From a virus (Duplodnaviria > Caudoviricetes): a stretch of 64,000 nt of DNA. The notes under the pieces are model-generated. The model was not told the DNA's origin, made no database searches, and saw only the letters and a list, made by a program, of their open reading frames with translations. Location of the stretch: the IMG/VR virus record IMGVR_UViG_2551306228_000004, positions 1-64,000 of that record, one strand, 5' to 3'. Position numbers and translations under genes: made by a program. Positions 50,901 to 60,777 of this stretch are shown in pieces (the stretch's first letter is position 1; each line of letters begins with the position of its first letter).

Positions 50901-52891
50901 ATATCTGGTGTTACCGTAATAGGTTCTGGAATGGGTTCAAGTTCCACCGTTACATGAGGTTTGGGACTATATGGTGTTACTGTACGTGCCACTGGTAGGG
51001 TATTTAAGGCAAACCAGTAAGACAATCCAACATTCTGTGGCATATCGCCTTGGCCAAAGGTTACTGTGTAGGTATTTCCTGATGTAACTGTTGAGACAAT
51101 TGCTCCTTTATAAGCATAACGACTTGATGTGGTATCCCATTCCTCAGGTAAATTCAAATCACTTGCACGGTTTGAACCCAACGAACGGGCCAGACCTTCA
51201 TTAGTCACTTGAACGGTTGAGCCATTAATCGGCACAAATTTCCCAGATGAATCTTTAACATATTCTAGACCAATGTCATTATGATTGAGGGAAGAGTGTG
51301 TGAAGACTCCTGGCTTTTCTTTGGAGAAGGTAACTTGTGAACCGTCTTCCAAGAAATACTTGGCAACTACACGAAACTCCATCTTGTCTGTTCGCCAATC
51401 ACCGTTTCCGTCATTTCGATAGGCAATGAAGCCTTCGGTAGGATCATTTGGCACAACCAATTTCACGGCATCGGTTCCAGCTGGTGATACAAGGTTGGTA
51501 ATATCGTAAGTCACTCGACTAATCTTTTTACCATCAAATCGTGCATTTTGAAGATTTTGATAGTTAAAACTAAGTGTATCACCTGTTTTGAAGCTATCAT
51601 AGACAAAGAATCCTGTGGAATCTAAAATTCTTGAGTAGCCACCCAGCAAAGTATCACCAGTTGAAATGATCTGATCAGGATTTCGGGTAATGGCACCATG
51701 TTGTGCTTGTGGCTCACCGTTATTGAGATTGAGGGCTTGAGCAAGGGCTTCAGAAATATAACCTTCTTCACCTTTTGAAATCTCGGCCAAATCACGTTGA
51801 TAGCGTTCCAATTCTTTGGCATTATAGGCATCGATCGCTTCATTCTCTTTTCTGGCTGTGGCTTCTTTTTCTTGATTTCGTTTAGTAATGGCTTCAATCT
51901 CAGCTGCACGATCTGAAACTATTTGTTGTTTCTCCTGATTATCTTGATCTACTGCGGCTTGACCTGTACGGTTTTCAGCATCAACAGCTGCTTGACCAGC
52001 CTGATTACGCCTTTCAATGGCTTCATTATCTGCCTTTGCCTTAGCAAGTCCAGCTTCATTTTCTTTTTGAATGGCCTGGTTTTTCGCAACAATATCATCT
52101 GCCTTGGCTTTCTTTATTAGATAATCCGCTACAGCTTGTTCGTTAGTTGATTGAATGGTTTCAACAGCCTTGCCATAGTTTGTATAGTCAAGTACAGATG
52201 TCCCATTTCCTGATGAAACTACTTGTTCTTTTACTGTCACATCAGCATCTGCATACCGAGTTTTTAGGTCATTGACTTTAGTATCAACCCAAGTATTTGT
52301 CTCTTTACCAGTTTGGTTGGCCCCCTCGTAGGCCTGTGACAGCTCCTTATTTTCCTGTTCGATGCGAGCTTTATTCGATTCGTATGTCGCTTTATCAGCA
52401 TTGTAGGTTTCAGTAACTTCATTGATAGCCTCAACTTGGTTTTGGGCATCTTCTTCTGCTTTTGAAATTTGTTGGTTGGTTTCTGCCGCAGAAGTTGTAT
52501 TTCCTAAATCCATTGGACTATCTTCAACCGTAGAAACACCTTCAGCCTTTGCTTCTTCAACTGCTTGTGTTACCGTATCATGTGGTACGGTGACAGCAAT
52601 CGCTCCATTAGATTGTCCAGTTAACGCTAAACTTTCAGTTTGTTCAGATACAGGGTTTGGTTGTGTTTCTGGTAAATTCGTGGCTGGATTTTCCGTTCGT
52701 TGAATGGCGGTGTCAACTGATGATGTGACTTCATCAGCATGTGCAACCGTGCCTCCCCAAGCAACAACGGCAGTCACCATCGTTCCAAGGGCAACCGAAC
52801 ATAGAGTACGGTATTTTTTACTCTTACGAAAGACGTGTTTCTCGCCTTTTTCCTGATTGACAAGAAAGTGATGATTACATGTTTTGGTCAT
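47996..52891 (-). CDS. Antigen I/II-family LPXTG surface adhesin
   Basis: Signal peptide, Ala-rich repeats, V domain, Pro-rich linker, repeated VDDYPEE isopeptide domains, LPNTG anchor. Confidence 0.92.
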   Translation of the reverse strand: MTKTCNHHFLVNQEKGEKHVFRKSKKYRTLCSVALGTMVTAVVAWGGTVAHADEVTSSVDTAIQRTENPATNLPETQPNPVSEQTESLALTGQSNGAIAVTVPHDTVTQAVEEAKAEGVSTVEDSPMDLGNTTSAAETNQQISKAEEDAQNQVEAINEVTETYNADKATYESNKARIEQENKELSQAYEGANQTGKETNTWVDTKVNDLKTRYADADVTVKEQVVSSGNGTSVLDYTNYGKAVETIQSTNEQAVADYLIKKAKADDIVAKNQAIQKENEAGLAKAKADNEAIERRNQAGQAAVDAENRTGQAAVDQDNQEKQQIVSDRAAEIEAITKRNQEKEATARKENEAIDAYNAKELERYQRDLAEISKGEEGYISEALAQALNLNNGEPQAQHGAITRNPDQIISTGDTLLGGYSRILDSTGFFVYDSFKTGDTLSFNYQNLQNARFDGKKISRVTYDITNLVSPAGTDAVKLVVPNDPTEGFIAYRNDGNGDWRTDKMEFRVVAKYFLEDGSQVTFSKEKPGVFTHSSLNHNDIGLEYVKDSSGKFVPINGSTVQVTNEGLARSLGSNRASDLNLPEEWDTTSSRYAYKGAIVSTVTSGNTYTVTFGQGDMPQNVGLSYWFALNTLPVARTVTPYSPKPHVTVELEPIPEPITVTPDIYIPKTFTPEKPVTFTPKPLDEVVQPNLTLTKVTLPVRPIPKELPTPPQVPTVHYHAYRLTTTPEIMKEVVNSDQANLHEKTVAKDSTVIYPLTVDALSSNRAQTTSLIFEDYLPAGYLFDKETTQKENGNYVLSFDETKNFVTLTAKENLLQEVNKDLTKVYQLTAPKLYGTVQNDGATYYNSYQLLLNKGTTNAYTVTSNVVTVRTPGDGETTTLITPDKNNENADGVLINDTVVALGTTNHYRLNWDLDQYKGDRSAKETIARGFFFVDDYLEEVLDVVENGTAVTTLDGQNVSGITVKNYASLNEAPKDLQDKLARAKITPTGAFQVFLPDDNQAFYDQYVQTGTSLALLTKMTVKDSLYGQNKTYTNKAYQVDFGNGYETKEVTNTLVSPEPKKQNLNKDKVDINGKPMLVGTQNYYTLSWDLDQYRGIKADSSQIAQGFYFVDDYPEEALLPDETAVQFVTSEGKPASGITVKSYSHLSEAPKTLQEAFSKRNIQPKGAFQVFMPEDPQAFYENYVTKGENITIVTPMTVLDSMLNSGKSYDNVAYQVDFGQAYETNTVTNYVPKVTPHKSNTNQEGILIDGKTALPNTVNYYKIVLDYSQYKDMVVTDDVLAKGFYMVDDYPEEALTLNPDGIQVLDKDGNRVSGISVSTYASLSEAPKVVQDAMAKRQFTPKGAIQVLSSDDPKAFYETYVKTGQTLVVTLPMTVKNELTKTGGQYENTAYQIDFGLAYVTETVVNNVPKLDPQKDVVIDLSHKDESLDGKEVALHQTFNYRLVGAMIPSNRATDLFEYGFEDNYDEKHDEYNGVYRSYLMTDVILKDGSVLKEGTEVTKYTLQQVDTENGLVSISFDKSFLETVSDDSAFQADVYLQMKRIAAGQVENTYLHTVNGYVISSNTVVTHTPQPEEPSPNQPTPPQPPIESLEPPVPASILPNTGEQESLLGLIGAGILLGTAYGLKRKEEK

Positions 52892-53052
52892 AAATAGTCC
52901 TTCTTTTCTTTTTTATGTAGCAACAAACTGTCACTCTTTATTAGATACGAGGGCGTTAAACGAGCACGACAAAAATAGGAGTTTTGACGAAGAACTTTCC
53001 GTTCTAGGAGAAACTCTCTTTTTTGTACAGCTCGTAGCCCAAGTTCAATACC

Positions 53053-53085
53053 ATCATAAAAAAGAAGGCTTGATTTTGTTATCAC
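53053..53085 (-). promoter_or_regulatory. ICE promoter motif copy 5 (adhesin-SNF2 operon)
   Basis: GTGATA-ACAAAAT-CAAG-N10-TATGAT. Confidence 0.65.
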
Positions 53086-53153
53086 AATCAGTTCAGGGAA
53101 AAGAAAAAGCTATCGGAAGCACAACCGATAACCTCTGAAGAATACTTAAAAAT

Positions 53154-53217
53154 AAAAAAAGAGGAGGACTGACGCATCAGACCCTCCCAGACGTGACTAG
53201 CACGCCCCAATTCGATA
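53154..53217 (-). ncRNA. Candidate abiF-associated small RNA (about 64 nt)
   Basis: Own promoter at 53223-53251; hairpin GGCGTG-CTAGT-CACGTC; terminator hairpin GGAGGG-T-CTGA-TGCG-TCAG-TCCTCC + T7. Confidence 0.65.
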
Positions 53218-53222
53218 CAACA

Positions 53223-53251
53223 ATAATACCATTAATTTCGTTTTTCGTCAA
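53223..53251 (-). promoter_or_regulatory. Sigma-A promoter overlapping the abi stop codon
   Basis: TTGACG-N17-TATTAT with TG extension. Confidence 0.75.
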
Positions 53252-54242
53252 TAAATTTACTTAATTGTTGAATCGATGTTTTTCTATTTGTACTGATAAT
53301 CTTAAAGAGAATATCACGATTATTGAGGGAAACATCAAATCGTTCAACAATTTCATTGAATTGATTGATATAGTTATTGAGGACTACTGTGTCAAATTTT
53401 AAAATGTTCAAAGTCCAAATTAGTAGAATGAAATAATCTTCAATGAAAACACAAGTAAATGTCGATAATCCTAAATCTTGTTTTATCTGTTTTTTGAGTG
53501 CTTTAGATACACCGCTTGAGAAATTAGCATCAAAAATCGCACTGTTATGCATGGTAGCATTCCTTAACTCAATAAGAGCGTTGACAACTAACTCGAGAGA
53601 GTTTGACCTATTTGGAATAATCGTGAAATCTTGATTCAATTTTTCACGACTTGACTTAGTTAAACTTCCTAAAAATCTACTAAACTGTCCTAAAGTAATA
53701 ACTTCAAAATAAGCCCAGAGAGGAATTTGATAATCACTTTTTAAATAATGCTTAATGACCTCATTTTTATCTGAGTAATAGTCAATTGTATCCAGTACAT
53801 TTTGTCTAGTTTCATTATACTGATCGAGTTTATTACCATATTTTTCATGGTCTTCAGGATAGTCCATGTAACAAGCTAATTGATGTTCTAATATATCTTC
53901 TATCCCACTACTAGATTCTGCGACTATTGAATCGATAGTCCGATTTTTTAATGCTGTCTCTACAAGCATTACTATTGGATAAAATAGTCCTTTTAACTCC
54001 ATATCAAAATTGTAGATTGCTTCAATTTCCTTAAATGAAGAAAGGGGCAGAATCCCATCTGAATTGGATTTTTTAACGAATCTATATCGTTTATAACCAT
54101 GATAATATCCCATATTTAAGAGTGTGACAGAGTCACCATCTTGAATATCTATTTTATGATTTTTAAAGATATGGTTAACTAGATCCCCAGAAGTTAAACC
54201 AGTTTTCGACTCTTTTTTCATTTTTTCAATAATTGTTTCCAT
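53232..54242 (-). CDS. Abi_2 (AbiD/AbiF-like) HEPN ribonuclease
   Basis: GYY..KRY, IYNFDMELK...VETALK, IPLWAYFEVITLGQFS, HEPN R-x4-H (RNATMH). Confidence 0.88.
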   Translation of the reverse strand: METIIEKMKKESKTGLTSGDLVNHIFKNHKIDIQDGDSVTLLNMGYYHGYKRYRFVKKSNSDGILPLSSFKEIEAIYNFDMELKGLFYPIVMLVETALKNRTIDSIVAESSSGIEDILEHQLACYMDYPEDHEKYGNKLDQYNETRQNVLDTIDYYSDKNEVIKHYLKSDYQIPLWAYFEVITLGQFSRFLGSLTKSSREKLNQDFTIIPNRSNSLELVVNALIELRNATMHNSAIFDANFSSGVSKALKKQIKQDLGLSTFTCVFIEDYFILLIWTLNILKFDTVVLNNYINQFNEIVERFDVSLNNRDILFKIISTNRKTSIQQLSKFIDEKRN

Positions 54243-54339
54243 TAAAATATTCAGTAACCTCTCCTTAGTATTATATCATATCACTAAACTTATCAAAGTA
54301 ACTAAAAGGTAGAATTTCTTACGAAATATTTGCAAAACA

Positions 54340-54372
54340 ATATGCTAACAAATCCAATTATTGTTAGCATAT
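54340..54372 (-). terminator. Terminator after the T4SS operon
   Basis: ATATGCTAACAA...TTGTTAGCATAT. Confidence 0.65.
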
Positions 54373-54378
54373 CCTTTT

Positions 54379-57180
54379 TTATTTCGTCGTATAAGCAAAA
54401 CTCAAGCTACTATCCACTCCAGATAATTTACGGAAGGTATAGTTTGGATTGCCATTGTAGTTGGTTTCGGAGATAAGGAATGAGCCATCTGGGTAGACTT
54501 TCTCCACAAAAGCCACATGTCCGTATTCTGTTGGTGTGCCATGTCCTCCTCTCGCAAAGGAAAGGATAGCTCCTGCTTGTGGACTTGTCCCTGTCTCTCC
54601 ACCGAGACTTGCGGCTGTTCGTACCCAATCTTGGCCATTGCCCATGGTACTGATAATTGGAATCTTCTCACCATTTTTACCTTTGAGTTTTAGCCCCAAT
54701 TGGTTGATACGGGCTGAAACTCCCCAAGTACATTGGCCGTAAGCATATCCCATACCGTCACCACCTCCTGGAATAGAGTTTTCAAAGAGGTCGCCTCGTA
54801 CAGCTTCAAGAGCTTTGGGGTCACTTTGTGCTGTCCCACCGTTGGGTTGACTAAAGTCTTTTTCAATTTGGTAATACCACTCACTTGCTCTTGTCTGACG
54901 TTCAAGTAGCTTATCACCACTATTTCCTTCCCAGTAAATGAGAAAGAGTTGGGCAAGACTAGCTGGACTACCTGTATTTTTGAAGAAGTCCTTTAACCAG
55001 TTGGTGTAATAAGGACTATCCCCATGCAACATGAAATCCAGTTGTAACCCTAAGTCATACCATTTTTGATGTTTTCCTTTGGCATATTCCAACAATAAAG
55101 TATGTCTGCGTGACCCATCCGAGGTATCTGTCCATTGTCCTAAGCCTAAACCACGTTTGAGAATATTTGGGTAACGCCCATTATATATAGTTGGACCATT
55201 GAGTGAAAGCCAGCCCTCATCATCCCACGAACCGTCTGTCGCACCAACAGGTGGAGATAGATAGTCGCCCTCCGCACGCTTGGGATTAATAGAGGATTCT
55301 ACCGACCAATTTCCTAAAATAGCTGCGATAGCTTGATCGGTCGCACCTTTGCTTTTAAGATAGTCATAAATTGCCTTGGCTCTCTCGAACTCATCGCCGC
55401 CAAACTGCCCGATAGTTGGAAGAATGGTGGTCTGAACCTGAATCACTTTTGGAAAGTAGAATGCTGGATTGACATAGACCAACTTATCCGTGTCATCATC
55501 AACCTTTTGATAGGTGACTTTTAGACCCATTCCGTCCTTGGTTTGACCAATAATGTCTCCTGCCAAGACTTGTTGATTTTCGCTCACTCGGCCTGAATGA
55601 ATGCCAAACAAGGTTAGTTTAGTCTTATTAACTCCCTTACCAGATGTCAAAATAACATTCTCTCCATCAAGAGATACCTTGCCATCCATCGGAGACACAA
55701 TGACTTGACCTTCTTTTGCTTCTAAGATGATATGGTGATGAAGCGTTGGTTTCTCATCAATGACCTCATAACCATATCGGTAGGTCATGTTTAAGCTATC
55801 CTCATCGGTCTGTCCCTGAAAGGGATTGTCCAATTCTTGAAGGGCTAAATAGTTGCCTTCTTCGGTCAACTCCTTTAGTTCTTCTTGGTCCTCATCAGAC
55901 AGCTTGTAAGCAGGTTCCTTATACAAGTCAGACATGGATTTAATAGAATCTCCACCGTTTAAGTCCGACCACAGTTGACTGAGAAATTCTTTGTAGGTTG
56001 TTCCGCTTGTCTCTATGAAATCATCTAACTTGTAGTCTTGGTATTGATGATTCATGTAAACCATAACCTCATCAATCTTGGTGTAATAGGTAATTCCCTT
56101 TTCGTTGGTTCTTGTATGCTCCGCATCTTCCCACGTCATGTGGGTATAGGCCTTGGTCAATTCCATCTCATCTTGTTGAATGACACTGCTACCTGAGACA
56201 CTCATGAAAAAGCTCATCATCAAAAGGAGTATCAAGAGAATGCCTGAGACAATCCAAGTCAAAGGATTTCCCGCAAGGACAGAAAAGAAAGTCATACTTC
56301 CCTTAATGGCTTGGACGATTCCTTTGAAACCTGCGACACTTTGTTTTCTGGCAAGCTTTAAAAAGGTATGGTAGCGTCTTCTTGGTTTAAGAGGTTTCTG
56401 GCGTGTGAATCCTTTTCCCTTTTTGAAGTTCTGGAATCTTTCCTTTCCATGAGAAAATTTTGTTTTGGTAAACCGCACACCAGTCTGTCCACTTTTTACT
56501 GCCACCTTACCTGCTTGATAAGTAAACCTGCCATAGCGTCTGGCTTTCAAACTAGTATCCTTCATGGTTCTTAGACCATCTAAATCATCCTCCTGTGCTA
56601 TCAGGTCAAGGGATTCAGATGCAGCCAAGCCTAATCCAGCTTTGACTTTGGTAGAGTTTTTCTTAGACTTTTGGACTTTCTTGAGTTGTTTAACCTCACG
56701 CTTGGCAGAACTTACGTCTTTTTCTGCACTTAGCCGATCAAATGATTTTTCTTGGTGAAACCGAAAGCGAGACTTCAGGGAAGGATTTTCTTTTTGGAAA
56801 GTAAACTTGGGATTAACTGCCTTTTGCTTCTCACTTAGTTTCACTTCTGACAAATGTTTTCTTGCCGTCCGCAAACGCTCTTGAGCTTGAGGAAGTCGAT
56901 AGTTCTTGATTTCCTTTACCTTCAACAGTCTAGGAGAAACATAGGTAATTTCCTTTATGAACTTCTCTTCTGCTTCCTTTTGGCTACTGAGTAGATTTCC
57001 TTTTAACTCTGTTTTCTTTTCCTGAAACAGAGAATTTTTGGCTGGTTTTCGAAATCTTCCTTTTTTAGGAACAGTCTGTCTTAAGGTCCTAACTTCTTTC
57101 CGATAATGCATACGGGCTGATTTTAAGTTGCTTCGAAAGTTTTGCCTAGCCTGTTTGACTAGCTTTTTATCCTCTTTCAT
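54379..57180 (-). CDS. VirB1-like cell wall hydrolase (M23-like + phage-tail lysozyme + CHAP)
   Basis: LGNWSVESS, GLGQWT, GQCTW...YGHVAFVE...SETN. Confidence 0.9.
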   Translation of the reverse strand: MKEDKKLVKQARQNFRSNLKSARMHYRKEVRTLRQTVPKKGRFRKPAKNSLFQEKKTELKGNLLSSQKEAEEKFIKEITYVSPRLLKVKEIKNYRLPQAQERLRTARKHLSEVKLSEKQKAVNPKFTFQKENPSLKSRFRFHQEKSFDRLSAEKDVSSAKREVKQLKKVQKSKKNSTKVKAGLGLAASESLDLIAQEDDLDGLRTMKDTSLKARRYGRFTYQAGKVAVKSGQTGVRFTKTKFSHGKERFQNFKKGKGFTRQKPLKPRRRYHTFLKLARKQSVAGFKGIVQAIKGSMTFFSVLAGNPLTWIVSGILLILLLMMSFFMSVSGSSVIQQDEMELTKAYTHMTWEDAEHTRTNEKGITYYTKIDEVMVYMNHQYQDYKLDDFIETSGTTYKEFLSQLWSDLNGGDSIKSMSDLYKEPAYKLSDEDQEELKELTEEGNYLALQELDNPFQGQTDEDSLNMTYRYGYEVIDEKPTLHHHIILEAKEGQVIVSPMDGKVSLDGENVILTSGKGVNKTKLTLFGIHSGRVSENQQVLAGDIIGQTKDGMGLKVTYQKVDDDTDKLVYVNPAFYFPKVIQVQTTILPTIGQFGGDEFERAKAIYDYLKSKGATDQAIAAILGNWSVESSINPKRAEGDYLSPPVGATDGSWDDEGWLSLNGPTIYNGRYPNILKRGLGLGQWTDTSDGSRRHTLLLEYAKGKHQKWYDLGLQLDFMLHGDSPYYTNWLKDFFKNTGSPASLAQLFLIYWEGNSGDKLLERQTRASEWYYQIEKDFSQPNGGTAQSDPKALEAVRGDLFENSIPGGGDGMGYAYGQCTWGVSARINQLGLKLKGKNGEKIPIISTMGNGQDWVRTAASLGGETGTSPQAGAILSFARGGHGTPTEYGHVAFVEKVYPDGSFLISETNYNGNPNYTFRKLSGVDSSLSFAYTTK

Positions 57181-57181
57181 C

Positions 57182-59533
57182 TCATGTCCTCATTTTTTCA
57201 GGATCCGTACTCATGATATCAAAGAGCTTGGTATGTTGCGGAATCTTATTTTTAAATGGAACAACGGTGGAACCGGCCTTAATTAAGCCTGCCCCTTTTT
57301 CAGGATTGACTAAGTACTTCTCCAGCTCTTTAGAAAGCCCAAGCATATGCACCAATTCTTCGCGATCGCTCTTAGCCTGTTTTAAAAGAATCATGAACTC
57401 GCTATTGGCAATAATGCGTCTGCCATTGGCATCCAAAAGAAGCGTTTCTACATTCTGAGTAATGCCTGTCGGTATCGCCCCATACTTACGGACACGACTC
57501 CAAAGTTTGAAGAAGAAATCAGAGGCATACTTGTCTAATAAGAGAAGCTGCATCTCATCAAAGTATATCCAGGTTTTCTTCCCTAGTTTTTGGTTTTTTA
57601 CCACACGATTCCAAATTTGATCAAAGATAACCATGAGGGCAATTTGTTTTAATTCATCGCCTAACTTTTTGACATTGTAAATCAGGAAATGACTATCTGT
57701 TTTAATATTGGTCCTATGTGAAAATATGTCCAGCGACCCTTCCACATAGAGTTCCATATCCAGTGCCAAGTCCTTAGCTTCCTGTTCAGGTTGTTGGGAC
57801 AAGACAAAGACCCATTCGACCAAGGACGGTGTGTCAAAATGCTTATAGGTGAGTCGTGTCACACGGTCAATCAAGGACTTCTCACGACCATCCATTTTTC
57901 GATCCAAGAGCTTCCCAATCCAAGACAAGAGAAATTCGGACTTAACCTTAACAGGATCCTCATCCATATTCTCATCAGATAGATCTAAGACATTTAAGAA
58001 GGTAGTGGAATCTGGAGCAATATCAATACTCTCCCCACCAAAGGCTTGGCCGATAATACTGTACTCATTTTCTGGGTCAACAATAATAATTTCAGTATCA
58101 CTATCTGCTTCCTTGAGCTTAGTAGAGATGATTTCATGTTTTGTCGCCATCCCTTTTCCAGCTCCAGAAGTCCCTAAAATCAAACCTGACGGAGTATTTA
58201 ACTTGCCACGGTCAATACTGATGATATTACTTGAGATTTGATTGATGCCATAAAATTTCCCACCCTTGTCCTGAATATCAACGGAAGTCCAAGGTGCATT
58301 CACGGTAATATTTGAAGTCAATAGAGACCGAGAAACACCTTCAAGATAGTTCTTCCCAAATGGCAAGAGACTATTAAAAGCAGCTTCTTGCATATAGGTC
58401 AAGTTATCGATAATCATATCATTAGACCCTGCCACTTGCTTGATAATATCAAGAGATTGTTTGAGTTGGTCTTCAGTATCCGCAAGCACGCCAATTAGAA
58501 ATACGGTGTCAAACAGTTTATCTCCTGTTTGGGTCATGGTTTGAAGAAGAGCCTCAGCTTCATCGATGTTGTTCTCAAGAACATGCCCGACCTTCTCCAA
58601 ATAGATACCTGTCCGAGCCATCTTTTGTTGTTCCCCAATCTTTTGCGATTCCATCAAGGTTTTCTTGGTTCGCAGCTTGGTCATGGTTTCAGACTTGGTA
58701 GAGCCTTTGGCATGTAGGCTAATCATCACTTCCAAATCTGACTGCATTAAGTCTCGAATAAATTTATCCCCTAACTCCATACCATAGTCACGAACATAAA
58801 CAATCTGTAATAATCGATCGTCCAATTCAATATGATTCTTATGTTTAAAGGAAAGGTAGGTTGGGGCAATAAAGTGTTTGGTGGATTGACCTGAGAGGGT
58901 CAAATCCTTGTATGAGAACGGTGAATGATTTTCACCACGCAACATATCCGCAAGGACATTCACTCGCTCCTCTCCACCAAGTAAACCAAGAGATACAGCA
59001 ATCTCTGAAAAGCCACTCTTGAAATATTCCCCAATCTGTGACAGAGAACGAAAAGCTAGTTTTGGTGTTTGGTCGCTCTTGCCAAATGAAAGAAACTTGA
59101 CAGCTGAAAAGTTGTTCTCACCCGCCTCTAAGTTGGCATCCATCATGCGATTCAATTCATCACGATAAGCATCAAACCCATCTTCCTGCAAGGGATAGAG
59201 AATACTCTTACGGAATTTTTCCAGATTGACCTTTTGATTGAAAATGGTCAGTTGGAAATTGGTCTGATCATCCAGTGAATTGATTAAATCGGAATATTTC
59301 TCAACAATAGCTCCTTTATCGTCTAAGCCAACTGTTTGATAATTGACATCTCCTAAAAGATAGGTTTGTGAGAAATGGCTTGGACTGACCTGCATAAGGC
59401 CATTCTGAAAAAGCCCTTGATAGGCTAACGTATTTACGGTAGAAGGTCTGATCTCCTGCTTCTGTATTTTCGTCTTTTGATTTTTGTCATTAGAAGAGGT
59501 CTTTGGTTTCATTGAGTGTTTTAATTTTTTCAC
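57182..59533 (-). CDS. virB4: VirB4-like conjugative ATPase
   Basis: GTSGAGK, IVDPENEY, YFDEMQ, RVRKYG..TQN. Confidence 0.93.
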   Translation of the reverse strand: MKKLKHSMKPKTSSNDKNQKTKIQKQEIRPSTVNTLAYQGLFQNGLMQVSPSHFSQTYLLGDVNYQTVGLDDKGAIVEKYSDLINSLDDQTNFQLTIFNQKVNLEKFRKSILYPLQEDGFDAYRDELNRMMDANLEAGENNFSAVKFLSFGKSDQTPKLAFRSLSQIGEYFKSGFSEIAVSLGLLGGEERVNVLADMLRGENHSPFSYKDLTLSGQSTKHFIAPTYLSFKHKNHIELDDRLLQIVYVRDYGMELGDKFIRDLMQSDLEVMISLHAKGSTKSETMTKLRTKKTLMESQKIGEQQKMARTGIYLEKVGHVLENNIDEAEALLQTMTQTGDKLFDTVFLIGVLADTEDQLKQSLDIIKQVAGSNDMIIDNLTYMQEAAFNSLLPFGKNYLEGVSRSLLTSNITVNAPWTSVDIQDKGGKFYGINQISSNIISIDRGKLNTPSGLILGTSGAGKGMATKHEIISTKLKEADSDTEIIIVDPENEYSIIGQAFGGESIDIAPDSTTFLNVLDLSDENMDEDPVKVKSEFLLSWIGKLLDRKMDGREKSLIDRVTRLTYKHFDTPSLVEWVFVLSQQPEQEAKDLALDMELYVEGSLDIFSHRTNIKTDSHFLIYNVKKLGDELKQIALMVIFDQIWNRVVKNQKLGKKTWIYFDEMQLLLLDKYASDFFFKLWSRVRKYGAIPTGITQNVETLLLDANGRRIIANSEFMILLKQAKSDREELVHMLGLSKELEKYLVNPEKGAGLIKAGSTVVPFKNKIPQHTKLFDIMSTDPEKMRT

Positions 59534-59843
59534 GTTGGTCTCCTTTTCTTCCAGTAAATGTACGATCTGGTACTGTTAGTTCATAATGAAAACGGTACTT
59601 GAGGTAGGTTTCAAATGGTAAATCGTTGGGGCGATAGACCCCAAATAACATGAGTGGAATGGTAAAGCTAAAAACAAAACCATAGACAAACCAATCCCCA
59701 AATTGCCAATAAAATAGGTTCAAGCCCAATACCAAAATGGTTAGGGCGACAGCTGGAAATACAAAAATAACCTGTCTAGTTGTAAATCCTAGCCATGCCC
59801 TGTGTTGAACCTTTGAGATGTCCTTAAAGACACGAGTGTTCAT
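59490..59843 (-). CDS. prgI: PrgI-family protein
   Basis: MNTRVFKDISK...GFTTRQ, two TM, precedes virB4. Confidence 0.88.
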   Translation of the reverse strand: MNTRVFKDISKVQHRAWLGFTTRQVIFVFPAVALTILVLGLNLFYWQFGDWFVYGFVFSFTIPLMLFGVYRPNDLPFETYLKYRFHYELTVPDRTFTGRKGDQREKIKTLNETKDLF

Positions 59844-59904
59844 AAATGTTCTCCAATCTAAGTAAGCTATAAAAAGAGGAGGCGAGATAATGACTCCCTT
59901 CCTC

Positions 59905-60759
59905 CTACATCCCCAAAATACTTCGGGCGGTTCGTTGACTGCCAACTAAGGCAATGATTAACAATATAGCCTGTACCAAGCCACCAAACATAATGGCGAG
60001 TGATTCCATCACTCCAGCTCCATTTGATACGGCAATCTTTCCAGCCGATTCAAACAAGGGAACAAGAGATACAATTAGAAAAATCAAAATACCTTGAACG
60101 GCATAGACCATGATGTTTTTAAGGTAACCAATCCCAACACTTCTCCAGTCATCACTAAGGAAGGTCGGAATGGTAACAGGGGCAAAAGGAATCATCAGAT
60201 AGAGTTGGATAAAGCGAATGGTAATCAAGATATTGACAACCATGATGCTGGCCATTCGTACCAACCAAATGAGAATCGCAAAAAAGCCAATAATCATTTT
60301 TCCTACAATTCCAGATCCCTTAATGCCTGAGATGGTATCATAATTAGCACCACCATTCGTGACAAGACTTGCCACTTGTTCAATAACATAAGAGGCAATG
60401 GAAATAATGGCTTCCACAATAACCGTCGTATTGGTAATCACGACCGCGACCATGATGTAGCTGACAATCATAGGTGCCATGGCTTCAAAGGTCATTGCAC
60501 CACCTGAGTTTGCGATTTTCTTGGCCATTTTTGAAAATTCGAGTACGAGAACAACCGCAAGAATAGCTACTCCCAAGGGCTGCATAATCCCCTTGGTAAT
60601 GGCTGTCATGTAAGACCACACCGTCGGATTAAAGTCCGCTAGTGACTTAACCAAGTTGGCGGTTGATTCTAAATCCACTTGAAACCCTTCAAAAAGGCTA
60701 TCGCTAGATACTTTTTCAGAGGCTAGATATACAAAAGGTGATGTAAAATTCATCATCAT
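59905..60759 (-). CDS. VirB6/TrbL-like membrane protein
   Basis: Multi-TM, RFIQLYLMIPFAP motif. Confidence 0.85.
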   Translation of the reverse strand: MMMNFTSPFVYLASEKVSSDSLFEGFQVDLESTANLVKSLADFNPTVWSYMTAITKGIMQPLGVAILAVVLVLEFSKMAKKIANSGGAMTFEAMAPMIVSYIMVAVVITNTTVIVEAIISIASYVIEQVASLVTNGGANYDTISGIKGSGIVGKMIIGFFAILIWLVRMASIMVVNILITIRFIQLYLMIPFAPVTIPTFLSDDWRSVGIGYLKNIMVYAVQGILIFLIVSLVPLFESAGKIAVSNGAGVMESLAIMFGGLVQAILLIIALVGSQRTARSILGM

Positions 60760-60777
60760 GTCATGTGCTGTCCTCCC

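Noticed and set aside
52884-53138. Short ORFs upstream of the adhesin on both strands
   Set aside because: No RBS, and they overlap the promoter motif and probable leader
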